Source of the DNA: the human T2T-CHM13v2.0 reference genome, Homo sapiens
DNA length: 64,000 nucleotides
Assembly (NCBI RefSeq): GCF_009914755.1
Contig: NC_060935.1
Strand: one strand, 5' to 3'
Shown: piece after piece, positions 11,249 to 24,558 of the stretch
Position numbering within the stretch: the first letter of the stretch is position 1
Layout: every line of letters begins with the position of its first letter
Position numbers and translations under genes: made by a program
The notes under the pieces: generated by a model
What the model was told of the DNA's origin: nothing
Database searches by the model: none
Seen by the model: the letters and a program-made list of their open reading frames with translations, nothing else

Positions 11249-13209
11249 GCTTGTCCTTCTTTAAACAGCTAATGTGTAGGAAGTTTATAGGGCAATGGGA
11301 AAACTTACTGCCTATTTGCATCCAATCTATTAGGTGGTCTTTGTCTATGAGGTAGGCAGCACATCAGAAACAGCACCTCGTTCCACTTGGAACAAATTAA
11401 AGTCAACACAACCTAAAGAGGACCTTGATGCAATGCCCATATCCTTCTCCACTGGTATGGTTACTGTGCCATGGCAGGCAGCCCCCCTTTCAGTTCCAGA
11501 AAGCACCCAGGCCATTCAAGAGGGAGTATTCAATAAGTCTCAATTACACAGCTACAATACAGACTCTTGTTGAGACCCAGTAGAATTCAGTTGAGTGGAT
11601 GAGTAGGAGCTTTATACACCTGGATGTCATTTATACCTACCACTCATGTTCTAGCCCACTTTTCAGACATCCTCATGACTTTCCCTATCCATTGCCTTTT
11701 TGCTGTTCACATGCAAAGTCCCTGTTGCTTTATAAAGAGTGCTATAAGGATAAATTGAAAGGACTGATAGTCCTCTGCTGCCTTGGTCCAATGAAAGGTC
11801 TTTTGGAAATTGCGTTGCTAAATTTTGATGGCACCAAACAAAGAGAAATGTTTCTGAAAATGAAATTGTGCTGTTAAACATCTGCATTCCAAATAGCTCC
11901 CTAACAAGTAAAAATACAACTGCTTTTGCTTTAAATTAGGTTCTGACTAAAATATGTGCTCTTACGATCTAGGACCACGTCAACCATTGGGTTTGGTCCA
12001 TGACTGATTTGGCATTCAATCCACAGTTTCTTTTTTGTTACATTACTGATCTCTGCTGTATGCTTCTACTGGATCAGAAAAGAGCTGGCCCCTTTTCAAA
12101 AGCAATCTAAAGCAATCAATTCTAGTCTGCAATAACTTTTGAAGCTGCCAGGTACATTCAAATTACAGAAAATTTAAAAAGCTGTTTACACTTTTTTCTT
12201 AAAGCCAAGCTCCTTAACTGCGAATGAAGAAATCCACAGAAGAACAGTATTCACAATAAAACAGCTTTGTCTCTGGCCAAAAAAAAGACAGCCATAGTGA
12301 TGATAAAGTCTATGTTCAGTTTTACATTTCAGTTCTCTGAAAATCAGTTCTATGACTCCAAAGTGTTCAGATCTCCTTTAATCCTAGTATCACTCATACT
12401 GGGAATTAATTTATTCTAAGGATATAAGGTCTTAGACAAATTATTTAATGCTTACAATTGCCTGAGAATATTATTGTCACAAATACAATGACACTTTTTG
12501 AAAAAATAGTAGGGTTCGAAGAAATGAAACTAAGTTGAAGACGTGAGTGTCATGTGTCAGAGGTGGTAGGCCAGAGGGTGAGGTATCTGCTACCAAACTA
12601 TAGGGCCTGCCTGTAGAGGGGAGAGACACTTCTACATATGCTGTAGGCTGGGCACATCCTCATAATATGCAAATATTAAGCAGAATTTATCAGAGCAACA
12701 AACTCTAAGACCTTCATTAAATCAACATTCAAAATGAGAATTATTCTCAAAAACCTTCTTTTATAAGAGTATGCCAATCTTATGTTTCAGTCTCCTGCAA
12801 TCAAATGCAGTCAGGATAAAGGAAAGCTATTGTCAAAATGTTGAAATATTTGAGTTTTATGAAACTAATGCTCATCTTTTTCCAGAAATACATCCCAGAA
12901 CTTCTGAGGTCTGGCCTGTATGAGGGACCATGCAAGTTTGGAGGTTTTAGGGGACACTCCTGTGCATTTTGCTAATTCTTTCAAGTTACTTAATTGCCAT
13001 CCTTACCCACTAGCAGATATAGAGGTGTTTGTTTAACCACTTTTCTGAGTTTCAAGTGACATATTACAAGTTTTCTCAGGGTCTCCATTAGCTTTGAAAG
13101 GTAATGTCACTTTTTGGCATTTTCAATTCTCAAAGGTAGCAAACTACGCAAAGTTGAAACCTGTCTGTTCATAAAGCTAAGAACTAAATATAGGAAAACA
13201 ATTTGGGTG

Positions 13210-13490
13210 TATTCATTTGTTCAACAAATATTAATTGCATACCTACTATAATCCAGTGCTTTGCCTTCAAAAGGCCTCAGTTTACAGCATTGTATCAGCT
13301 AGATATTGTCCCTGCCCTGATGGTGATTTCAGACTAATGGGAACGACCTTGAATAAATAACCTCAGAGATAATAATTTAACTACAACTTTGATAGCATGA
13401 ATAAAAGGGAAGTGTTAGAGGCTATGGGGGTATATAAGAGAGGTTTTAGGGATGGGTTCCTTGAGAAAGTGACATTTCGGCTGAGAAAGC
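13210..13490 (-). mobile_element. L2 3' fragment
   Basis: attcatttgttcaacaaatattaattg...ttgagaaagtgacatttcggctgaga. Confidence 0.7.
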
Positions 13491-13726
13491 TGATGTCTAT
13501 GAAAGTAAAATCTATTCCACTCTAGATCAACTTGGCAAATAAAATCAGAATATGTTAAATTAATTTACAACCTGTAATATATACAGCTCTACAGGAAGAA
13601 ATACATTCCAAAATGCAAATAGCTAAAATTTGCAGCCTCAAAAATATATGATTTAATACTATTTAAAAACTGATGCCATCCAGAACTAAGTCAAATCCTT
13701 ATATTTTAATTAAAGTCCTTTACTAC

Positions 13727-13892
13727 AAAAAAGAATAAAGCAAGAAAGCAAGCAATAAAGAAAGCAAAAAAAAAAAAAAAAAAAAGGAAGGAAGGGGAAG
13801 GGAAGGGAAAGGAAAGGAATGAAGGAAGGGAAGGAATGAAGGAAGGGAAGGAATGAAGGAACAGAGGGAGGAAGGGAGGGAGGGAGGAAAAG
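13727..13892 (+). repeat. A-rich tract followed by (GGAA/GGGAA)n purine repeat
   Basis: Poly-A then ggaaggaagggg...ggagggagg. Confidence 0.92.
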
Positions 13893-14249
13893 GTAGACAA
13901 CCATTTTAACATGGCTTCAGAAGTAATACAAAGAAGTTTATACCATTGCTGGCACTGGTAACAACATTGTGCTGGAGGATAATCTTAAAAACAAAACACA
14001 ACGACTCTCTGATTTTGATAGTAAGGTCATGCCCCAAGTGGGAACTGCTACAATATTTGAGCAAGTAGGTTGACAATACTGATTGATCTCCAAGGAATTC
14101 TGGATCAGACATCAAAACTGAGGTGACCCTTGTAAAGTAATATATACATGCTGATGATTTACGTTTTCCAACAGTTTACGGGTGTTTTATGTCATTACTA
14201 CCTACACTGCTAGCAATATCACCTTTTTCACTCATGGAGTACACAAAAG

Positions 14250-14470
14250 CTCTGAGGAAGGAGAAATTGATTTGCATCTCAGCTGCATCATCAATCAGCT
14301 GTGGGACCTCAGGCAAGTCACTTAACCTCTTTCAGCCTCATCTAACTTCATCTGTGATATGAGGATAATGATGTTTACCTCTTAGGATAGTTGTAAGAAT
14401 TAAATTAGGTAATGATTGTCATGAACTTGGCACCATGCCTATCTAGTACATTGCAAGGGCTCAAATTTTA
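14250..14470 (+). mobile_element. MIR SINE
   Basis: gctgtgggacctcaggcaagtcacttaacctc core. Confidence 0.85.
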
Positions 14471-14523
14471 GGGTAATATCGATGATGATTATGATGAAAA
14501 TGACTTTCAGTCTATGGTATTTA

Positions 14524-14795
14524 CAGGGCTGGATTAAGAAATTTAATCACCTCAACCCCTGAAAAGATACTAGCCCCACCAATATAATTCAACATAAATT
14601 TTTATTATTTTAATTCACAGCATAACATGCATATCCATATTCATGTAGCAATTCAAATAGCTTCTTTCAAGATTTTTCTGATTGTGAAATTTTGATGTAT
14701 TTACCAATAGGAACTTTTCTCATTTTGGGGGGGCCCATGCTTTGCCACTTCTCTGAGTGCACGCTTAGTTTGCCTAATGGGTAATTCAAATTCCC
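14524..14795. mobile_element. Possible ancient hAT-Tip100-like MITE
   Basis: Begins cagggctggatta and ends near gcctaatgggtaattc, resembling CAGGGCCGGATTA-type termini; degenerate. Confidence 0.35.
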
Positions 14796-15974
14796 CAACA
14801 TAAATTAGGAGATGTTAAAAAGTAAAACCAGAGAAAATAAATAATCTGGTTAAATGCTATCACAACTGGAGGATAGCTGTTATAGCTTCCTAATGGATAA
14901 CTATTTAATTTCTCTAGCTTCATCTCTCCCTGTTCCCCAATCTTCTACTGCAAGCCCAGTGTCTTTTGGACTTGATTTAATTCTGTTCCTCCCAACAATT
15001 TTCAATGCTCACAGAACTTCATGTTTGCTTGTCATGCCATAAAAGAGCTCCTACTCAGGGAATGACTATTGACTCATAAAGTATTCCTCCCTTACTTCCA
15101 ACTCACAGTTTGGCCTCACTTAGAGATTCCCTTTACCAAGACCACAGAGCCTCATGCTAGTCACATGGATTAACTTCCTTTCCTGGCTTCCTATGTTTGA
15201 CCCATTTTCTTGGCTCTCACAAGCTCTCTTCCTCTGGTGGGCCATCATCTCTAGTACTAAGCCACAAGCCAGCAACCACATTAAATGGCCAGCATGGCTC
15301 CCCGGGAGCCAAGTCTAGGAAAACAGCCAGTCTTCCCACTCTAAAGTAGGTCTGTGGCTATGTACCTCTTCTGGGTTCAAGGGATGCAGAACATGGCTGA
15401 CTATAGCAGAAACAGAGGAGAAAAAGATAAGCTTGATGAATTTGCTGAGTGGAATCTCTACAAATTGAGTATTCTTGCTCTTATCCTCATACCTATCAAT
15501 TTCTAAACTCAATCCAAGGGGATGCCTTCTCTCCCTCTTCCCTCACTCCTATATACACACTACACAAATATATGCATATATGTATGTATAATCTTGACAG
15601 AATTTCATTTGTGAGATTTTATTGTAATTAACATGATTGAGTCTGACATTCTTTATCAGGATAACTTTCACTTTTATTATGTGTTTTATATGTGCACATT
15701 CTATGTGAACATGGGTAAGTTTATTCAACTCTACAAGCTTCAGTTTTTTAATGTATAAAATTACGTTATGGGCTACGGGTAGATGCAGTATCTACCCCAT
15801 AGAGATGTTGTGAGGTCATACATATGAGGTATCTGGCCTACTTCTTAACACAGCTAATAAAAGAGAACCCAGGATCCAAGTTCACGTGGTTCAACCCCAG
15901 AGCAGAGCCTATGTACTTAGCTCAATAGTGTACACTCAATAAGAGTTGGATGTCATTACTAGGATTGTTGTAAT

Positions 15975-16240
15975 TATCATATTCATTGTAGAAAAGTTAG
16001 AAAATTCACATAAGCAAAGAGAAAAATTACTCATATCTCCATTGTTAGAGATGACAATTTTTAATATTTTTTATTGTCTTCCTAGACTTTTTCTATGTGT
16101 ATATATTTTTTTCTGCAAAAAGTACTATCAGATTCTACTTCTTATTTTTAATCTGCTTTCACATTTAATATATTGTTAAGATTTTTTTCACATAATAAAT
16201 ACTCTTCTCAGTAGAATTTGTAGAAAAAAATAGTCTAAAT
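15975..16240 (-). mobile_element. Ancient L1M (L1ME-like) 3' fragment
   Basis: cattgtagaaaagttagaaaatt... resembles antisense 3' ends of old L1. Confidence 0.45.
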
Positions 16241-17148
16241 GACTATATAATTTGGTACCTCTGACTAGGTCTCCCATCTCTGATAGTGGTCTTAAACTTA
16301 CATATTCCTTGTATCTTCTTATCCTTGTTAATAGCCTCTGAGGCTTGGGGGCAATTACCCTGTTCACTGACTTAAATAAGAATTTATTAGGCAGAATCCA
16401 CAACAGAAGTAAGATCCTAGAAATGAAGGAAAGTTTCTCTCCAACATACCACTATTAAGGAAGAAACAGTGCTTTACAAAATATCATTATAGCACAGTGA
16501 CTATGGATTTCACTGAGAGCTGGCAATTTAACAAAACCAATATGGCAGCTTGTCATGGATGGAAGACAGAAAGATCAAACAAAAAGAGAAGTAAACTTTA
16601 TTAAGACACTTGGAAATATGAAAATATAAAACTCATTGAAAGTATAGGTCTAGTGAAGTATCACAATGCTTAGCATACAACTTGGTACCAAAAAAAAATA
16701 AGAGAGATATTTATTTGTTAATTCACAAATCATTATTTGGAAGCACAGTTTGAGACAGGTATCAAATCTGTACAGTTCAAAGCCAGCACCCACATGAATC
16801 TAACTCCACCTTCGTGCAATTGTCCACAGACGTTTACCCAACTAACATGCTCTCTTTTCTTTAACATCTACCGAGATTCCAACCCCAAGCCTATTTCCTT
16901 GATGAACTCTATTCTTAGAAGGCAACTTGTTCACTCTCTTCTCTGAAAATGTTTATACCTAACTGGATCTAAAACTTAGCTTAATATTTTATAACTTATT
17001 TTTTTTTCTGGGACATAAAAAAGAGGAGTTTCCAATAAATTAATTTTCCAAATAGTTTAAAATTGTCCTAGCTAATCCCTTTGTAACCTTAAAAAGTTCC
17101 TTAACAACTATGAGCCTCCGTTTCTTCACATATAAAGTGGTGATATTA

Positions 17149-17477
<329 letters not shown>

Positions 17478-19089
17478 TTAAATAATACATGATAATCCTT
17501 AACATGTAGTAGTAGTTATCATTTTACTAGTCATAAATGTGGATTTGCTCACTGGGATCATTCATAACAAACATCTCTTATTGTAATAAATTACATTACA
17601 GTGATGTCTGCACAGACTATAATGGTTTATTTTCATTTATTTCATTAAATATTCAAGAGCTCTATATCTTGAGCATGTACATTTACATATTATAAAGGGT
17701 TTTAGCGTTTCTTTTCTCCTCTGTATCACGACACTGTTTCAGCTATTACTTATTTCCCTAGCCTTCTCTTTGTACTTCTATCAAGCTGAAGGGATGGAGG
17801 GTTACGGGCTGATCATCTAAATTATAAAACTTGTTGGAACTGTGTTAAAAGCAAAAGTAATAGGATGAAGGGGGCCTACACTTATGAAGCATTAATGTGC
17901 CAGCAACTATTATAACCATTATTTCGTCATATCCTCAACATAACATTTTGAAGTAGACCGTGTTCATCATTTCCATCTTATAGTTAAAGCTGAGATCTAG
18001 AAAGGTTAATTACTTGCAACTTTTTATTCTTATAGTTGATGCAGTGGATATTCAACAAATGCTTATTGGTATTTGTTCATCTATTTTTTCTCTTTATTTT
18101 TAAGAAAATCCTAGAGCAGAGAATTTTAAGACGGTGATCTCTCCTGCTTTCAGTTCCATTTTGGCACAAGTCTTATGTCAACATCTCACCTCCCTTTGAT
18201 GCAATGATATACACTTTTTCCAATTTAAGAAGGAGTCTGGACTCTGTGGTGTCCTTTCCTTGGTCTATCAAGATCATCCCTTAGGAAGCAGAGCTGAATT
18301 CTGGAACCTGGAATTCCAGCATCTCCCCATGGAAGTAGCCCTCATTAAAATAATCCCCTTTAGAAAAGAGTCTTATTTTTACTCATAGAGCATTGTTGCT
18401 ACATGTACTTCTTAGACCTGAAGATTACAAGCTAGATTTTAGCAACATGTGAATAGTTTTGCTTTTTTGCTCTCCAGAAAATAAAGTACAGAAAAATAAT
18501 CATGACGACTTTAATTTCTTCAGTATCAGTAAATCTCCTGGCCATACGTCCATCTAAGAGCCACACTGGTTACTTAGAGATTAGGCTTGTGTGTGCATGG
18601 GGACTAGTATGTTTGCTGAACTGTTTGAACCCAATTACAGAAAGTCACCCAGTAAGTAAACACAGCCAGAAATATGGTCACAGAGAAAACGTAGAGAAAA
18701 AGTAATGAAGTATTTTGCAGGAGAGTCTGGTTTATTTGCTAATTGGTAGTATCTAAAGAAGGCAATATTGAAGAATGCAGGCACACCAGGAGTATTTCTC
18801 AGCCAATAATCTAAAATTGCTTTTAACACAAAACCCCACCAGTTGCCTTAATCTCTGAGTTCTACTGTCCACACTGCCCCAGTCTTTTACTGGACAGACA
18901 CATAACGCCTAGGTCTGCATGCACTGTATTTTTTTAAATTGAATTCAAATCTCCTCTAGGGAAATAAGTGATCACTAGACAAATGTCAGTGGTGATGCAA
19001 CATCTTAGTAGCAATCATTGTGCTGGTTAAGTATAACTTCTCATACAGAGATGTAAGAGGTCAGAAAGAGAGAAAAAAGATACTACATA

Positions 19090-19310
19090 CTTACCTAGAG
19101 TCTATGAATCAGGCCATATACCAGAAAACTTAATGCATATATCTCCAGAAAAGTAGGTATTCTGATCCATTTTACAGATCAGTTTTACCAGTAAGGGCAC
19201 AGGCTCAAAGATCTCGAGTAATATCTCAAGGACACCTGGCCAGTAAACAGTAGAATCAGGACTGAAACAGGTATCTCCTGACTCTAATGTCGGCACTCTT
19301 CTTGCTTCAT
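19090..19310 (-). mobile_element. MIR SINE
   Basis: ccattttacagat...caaggacacctggccagtaa...gtatctcctgactc. Confidence 0.7.
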
Positions 19311-19874
19311 TGCAGGGAAACAAAATCACTGATGCTTGGCCATGACATAACTTCAGGGTAATTAGCATATGTTAGGAGGTAGGTGCAAAACTGAAAGATA
19401 CCAAAATAAAATCAAAAGTATGGGGCTAGTGTTAAAGGGCCACTCTTGCAATCAAGTAGAAAGCATTATGGCTCCATGAGAGAGATGGGAAATAGGGAAT
19501 GGTTGAGGATATAAGCAGTGGGATCAGCATGATTGAAGGAGAGCTACGTGGAAGAACAGTACATTCTATCCAGATGAATAAAAAATTGAAGAGTATCTTC
19601 AAATATTTCTGAGTAGTTTAAGGCTAAGGGAAATCCAACAACTTCTAAGCTAGGTCCCCAACCTCAAAGGAACCTATAACTGCTAAGGATCGTAAGTGGG
19701 GGATTCAGGCTTTGAGGTCTCTATTCCATTGCATAGTAGCTGTGAGATCATTACTTCTCTGAGTTTCAATTTCCTCATTATTGGGGGTTCTCATAATAGT
19801 ATTCTTGAAGTGTTGTTCTCTCTTAAGATATATATTAATACCTAGTTGCACCACTGGAGCCTAATATATAATAG

Positions 19875-19946
19875 TGGTGGTGGTGGTAGCTGTGGTTGTG
19901 AAATTCAAATTGGTGGTGGTAGTAGTTGTGGTTGTGAAATTCATAT
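19875..19946 (+). repeat. 36-bp tandem duplication (2 copies)
   Basis: tggtggtggtggtagctgtggttgtgaaattcaaat and tggtggtggtagtagttgtggttgtgaaattcatat. Confidence 0.9.
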
Positions 19947-20057
19947 TGCCTTAACTAATAAAAGAAAAAAATGGTGGAAATGGCAAGGTAATAGACTGAA
20001 ATAAATAGGCATGCCTATTTTTGTTGGCATTGTTTACATAAACCAGTTCCTGTCAGA

Positions 20058-20226
20058 CAGGTGGGTCTTAACCTTGGCTGCACATGAGAATCTGTTTAAA
20101 AACATAAAAAATGGCACTCCCTCCCCAGAGATTATGATTTAATTATTCTAGAGATATACCCAGGTTTTCTGTAGTTCTGAAAATTCCCCACTATGTCCCA
20201 TATGCAACAAGGGTTGAGAATCACTG
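20058..20226. mobile_element. MER5A-like hAT-Charlie MITE
   Basis: cag..ggtcttaaccttggctgcacatgagaatc ... gggttgagaatcactg terminal inverted repeats. Confidence 0.8.
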
Positions 20227-21539
20227 CATAACAAGACAATGCTGCCCAAGGGCGACTTTACCTTAAGGCTTCTCAGCCCTAGATAAACCCACTGCTAGAG
20301 GTAAGGAATAAAGTAAAAAACACTTTTTGAATGGCCTGTGTTTTGCCTTTGGGCATTGGTAGTGAAGTATCAATCAGGTAGAATCTGGAGGCACAGAGCC
20401 ACAGAATTTCTGTACCCCTTTTTAATAATGTCTAGTGACTGCCTTACTAACCTGTGTGTAGATGCACTATAACAAAGCACAATTTCAAATTAGCAGTTTT
20501 TACAAATAACATGCTGTAACTCTGAAGGAATAACAATTTTAGTGGAGGAGATATGACATTTGGCATCAAAAGAAAAGGATTCACATTCTTTAATTCAGTT
20601 ACTTAGTTCATATCCATTCTACCAAATTCTAACATATACAATGTCCTAACCTGGACTTTTCTTTTTTTTTTTAATTTTATTTAGGGTACTTTTCTATAAG
20701 CACCCTTGGGCCAGAGGCCTGGTGCGTTTGTGATGGGTCATCTGGCTGTTCTGTTATTTGAAGCTCACCCAGGAGACTGCTCACTCTGGAGGCAGCACCC
20801 TGAAGAGCTCTGAGTATCACTAACAATCAGACTCTAGATCCCAACTGGGGAGAAATGTGAATTCCACCCACTTGTTTCTCCAATTTACCAGCACCAGAAA
20901 GGAATGCCCACCTACATTTAAAAAGTAAGTACTAATACAGCAGGAGTGTAATCTAGGGCCCCTGTTGGAAGGAGCTATGGTTCAAAGCTGAGCTTATTTT
21001 TTAAACTATTGCCATTTATTTCCCCTCTTTTGACAGAATATGGGTGTTATATTTTTAATAATTTGTGAATCAGAGGTGGAGTGGAGAGTACAGTAAATAC
21101 CAAATAAACTGTCTTTTGGGTATCTGTTGAAATGGCACAATAATAATTTGGTCCAAGGTAAAGCCTTTACTGCCTTGGGGTCAATATTATAATATCTACC
21201 TATTAGGTTTATTATGAAGACTAAATGTGGACATGTATATAAAGCATTTAGCACAATACATTACCCCAAACCATAGCTATTATGATTAGCTTATTATAAC
21301 TACTTTTTCAGTAAACACCTTTTAAACTCAACACATATATAGGCAACAGGCTCAGGGAAAAGAAAGAGTTTGGGAACACCAACACCAAACATATTTATTG
21401 GGTCTAAAATAGTGAAATAGGACTTGGCGCCAACACCGATAATATCAACATGCTAATAATAAAGCCACACAAAAAGCTCAATCAGGTAATCCTGTGAATT
21501 TGGAATGTGTGCTCATTCCAGCTGAATTTGATGCTTCAG

Positions 21540-21840
21540 ATCCCTTCCTGATAATACATGCAGCGTCCCAGGCACCAGGGATGACACAATGCCCTGCCCT
21601 GTAGGATCTTTTCAGTCTAGTGAAGAAGGCAGTCTTACCAAAAAATAATGACAATACAGTGCAACAAAAACAATGAGAAAGTTTAGTGGCAAGTAATGTG
21701 GGAACATGGGTACAGAGGAAATAACTGTCTGGAGAAGAGAAAGCTTTGCAGAGATGATAACCCATTTAGGGATTTGATGAATCGATAGACATTCACCAGG
21801 AAGAGAAGAGAGAGCTGGGGCAAAAGTTAGAATGAACAAA
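21540..21840 (-). mobile_element. L2 fragment
   Basis: ccctgccctgtaggatcttttcagtctagtg...aagctttgcagagatgataac. Confidence 0.55.
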
Positions 21841-22039
21841 TGCTTATCACACTGAATTCTTGCCCAGGGCCAACATGTAAAGGTTTCAAGCTTAATTATT
21901 TATGATTGCTATTATAATTAGATATTACAAAGTTATATTTATTACAAAGTTTATAATATATCCCCCCAACCTAAGGGAAAAGCCCTGAATTATGCTGTCA
22001 GCTGTTTTCATCAAAGCAAGTCACTAGCCTTCTCTTGTT

Positions 22040-22230
22040 ATTCACTGGTTGAATGTATTTGTTAAATATTTGCTATTTGTCAAGAACTCTGCCAGAAACT
22101 GGGGATGTAGCTGAAGAAAGGAGAAGCATTCCTTGTCTTCGAGGAGCTTGAAATCTAGTGGAAACATCAGATGTTTAACACACACGGAGCATTTGGAGAA
22201 GTGTTCAACAGGGGATGGGCAGGAAATGCT
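22040..22230 (-). mobile_element. L2 3' fragment
   Basis: aatgtatttgttaaatatttgctatttgtcaaga...gaggagcttgaaatctagtgg. Confidence 0.6.
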
Positions 22231-22814
22231 TTTATACCTGATTTTGTGCTTCAAAAAATGGCAATAGTAATAATTTTGTTACCTAATTTCCAGGGCGATT
22301 GGTACAGGTTATGACAATACTTTAAAGCATGGTAAAATATAGAAAAATTTAAGGTGAAGGTATTATTGTTGTCACTCTTCTTACATCCACCTAATTGAAT
22401 TTATTTAAAATAGCCTAAAATTTACATTTTTTTCCTAATATAGACATTCATCAGTAAAAAATTGTCTTGAAATATTATTTCTTCCACATGAAGTACTGAA
22501 TACCAACTATTTATATTTTCATGAGAAATCAGCATAATTATTCTTCCTGTCTAGTTATCTAGTTATGTCCTCTTGAAGAAAGAAAATGATGCCACCTGTT
22601 GAGTGATGTGCCCAGATTCATGCAGAGTGAGGACAGAATTGAAAGATCCCTACTTTATGTTCGAAAGAATATAGCCTATCAAATATTTATTTAAAGTCAG
22701 AGAAGAATGAAGAAATAAAGACAACATCAATATCAGTTTGGGAAACAAATACCAACACAGAGTCCAGTTTGAAGCCTCTTTGAAAAGGGAGGAGGTAAAG
22801 TGACCGAGCCAACA

Positions 22815-23030
22815 GATGCTGGAACCAGACTGAGTCCACAACTTGCCTCCACTGTTTACTAACTATATGACCTTGTGTGTAAAATGTCTGTACTAATTTT
22901 TCTGATATCTAACATTGGGGTGATAATAGTTCCTACTATGAGGGCTTTTGGAAAGGTTCAATAAATTCATAGAGGTAAAGGTTTTAGAGTAGTGTACTCA
23001 GGGCTCACTACATACTATCTACTATTATTG
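22815..23030 (+). mobile_element. MIR SINE
   Basis: ctggaaccagactgagt...tactaactatatgaccttg. Confidence 0.6.
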
Positions 23031-24335
23031 TTGTTAACTCTCATGACTACCCTTAAACCTACACCTCTTCTAATGGAAGAAAACTGGAGAAAGTAGAACC
23101 AACTCAGAGCTCTCATATTTACTTCTTGATGGAGATGGTTGAAAGCTCAGTGAAGTGCAACCAGACATTGAGAAACTTGTCTTTTCCACCTATTAAAGGC
23201 AACAGATTTGTCAATTTCAAACTCTCTTCTATCTGAAAACAAAAGACTTCCTTCATCTAACTTAATCACAGTAACTTATCTGTCCGAAGTCCTCCCTAGC
23301 TATCCCCCAGTGACTCTTTTCCAACTAACGTTCCCTGTCTGAAGAATATAGATATCCAGGTTATTACTCAAGTTACCAAAATTTCAGAGCTAAAAATTAC
23401 TTGATAGCTGAACCCTCATCAGAAAGGCAATTTCACATTTTTACTGCATTTTGCATTTCCATCATTATTTCTTCTACCGTATGGAAGGCCAGGTTGGGGA
23501 CAATTTGGATTATAGAGGGTAAAACACATGATATTTCTTTTGTACATTTAATAAAAGCTGAAGTGAAAAAAAAGAGAGATTGAAGCCTTATTATATTACT
23601 TTTTAATCCTTTGCAATGCAATACTAATGCTATGTATGTAATATTTGAGATCCCTAACCAGAGCTCACTTTGGCTGAGGGTCCAATCGCATTAGAAATTA
23701 CCTTGAGAGAAGTACTGCAAATGCAAACTCATGAAAATAAGAGAAAAGAAAGAAAAGAAATGTCAGCCAGATCATTTGTTTTCCCATAGATCATCTTTCC
23801 AAATGTGGGCCAGCAGGAACAAATTTTATGCTGACCTGGGAAAATTACTGCAGCAATTTGTATGTGAAACATGGATTTGGAAATTTTGAAACCGGTATAT
23901 TTGCAGAATGTGAAAGTAACATTTTGGAATAAAGCAAAAGTCCTGTACACGAGTAAATACTAAGCCCTTAACAAAGCATATTCAAGGCTGATTTTTAAGT
24001 TATGATATTTAAGCTTTTTAGGATATTGACCCTACTTCTAAACTCCCAAACTACTAATAATTTTCTACCCTATTAGATTTTGCAACAGGTTACAGAATTA
24101 TAATAAAAACCTTCTTCATTTTTAACTGGACTGATAGTGGTGGTGTAATATCCCAAGAGAAAGAGTCACATGAAGATTCTTATCTCCTACAGTGAGAATC
24201 AAATATTGAAGTGAAGATGGTGTCACAATCTATGTTTCTTTTCTTTTCTTTTTTTTTAACCTGAGGTTTCAAAATCCTTCTCTGGTACTTTGTAATGACA
24301 GAGTTGGATTACCTGTGAGGCTTCATGGTATAGAG

Positions 24336-24558
24336 CAAGTGTTAGCAAATTGCAACTTGTAGGCCAAATCCTTCTCACTTCCTGTTTTTGCAAATAAAGA
24401 TTTATTGGAACATGGCCAGGTCATTTGTCTATTTATTGCTGATAATTGCTTTTCTGCTACATCAGCAGACTTGAATAGTAGTATCCGAGACTGTCTGGCC
24501 TACAAAGCCAAAAATATTTACAATTTGACCCTTTGTTTAAAAAGTTTGCTACCCTTTG
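24336..24558 (+). mobile_element. MER58A hAT-Charlie MITE
   Basis: cctgtttttgcaaataaagatttattggaaca...aaaagtttgctaccctttg; 8-bp TSD gtata(g/a)ag at 24328-24335 and 24559-24566. Confidence 0.9.

Noticed and set aside
11334-11877. 79-aa and 92-aa ORFs in unique sequence
   Set aside because: No recognisable domain or convincing splice context; lengths expected by chance.
13706-13912. Phe/Pro/Ser-rich ORFs
   Set aside because: Translations of a simple repeat.
22585-22606. Minus-strand CTCF-like ctcaacaggtggca (similar weak matches near 25710 and 31352)
   Set aside because: Mismatches in the 5' core and no upstream module; could be simple E-boxes.
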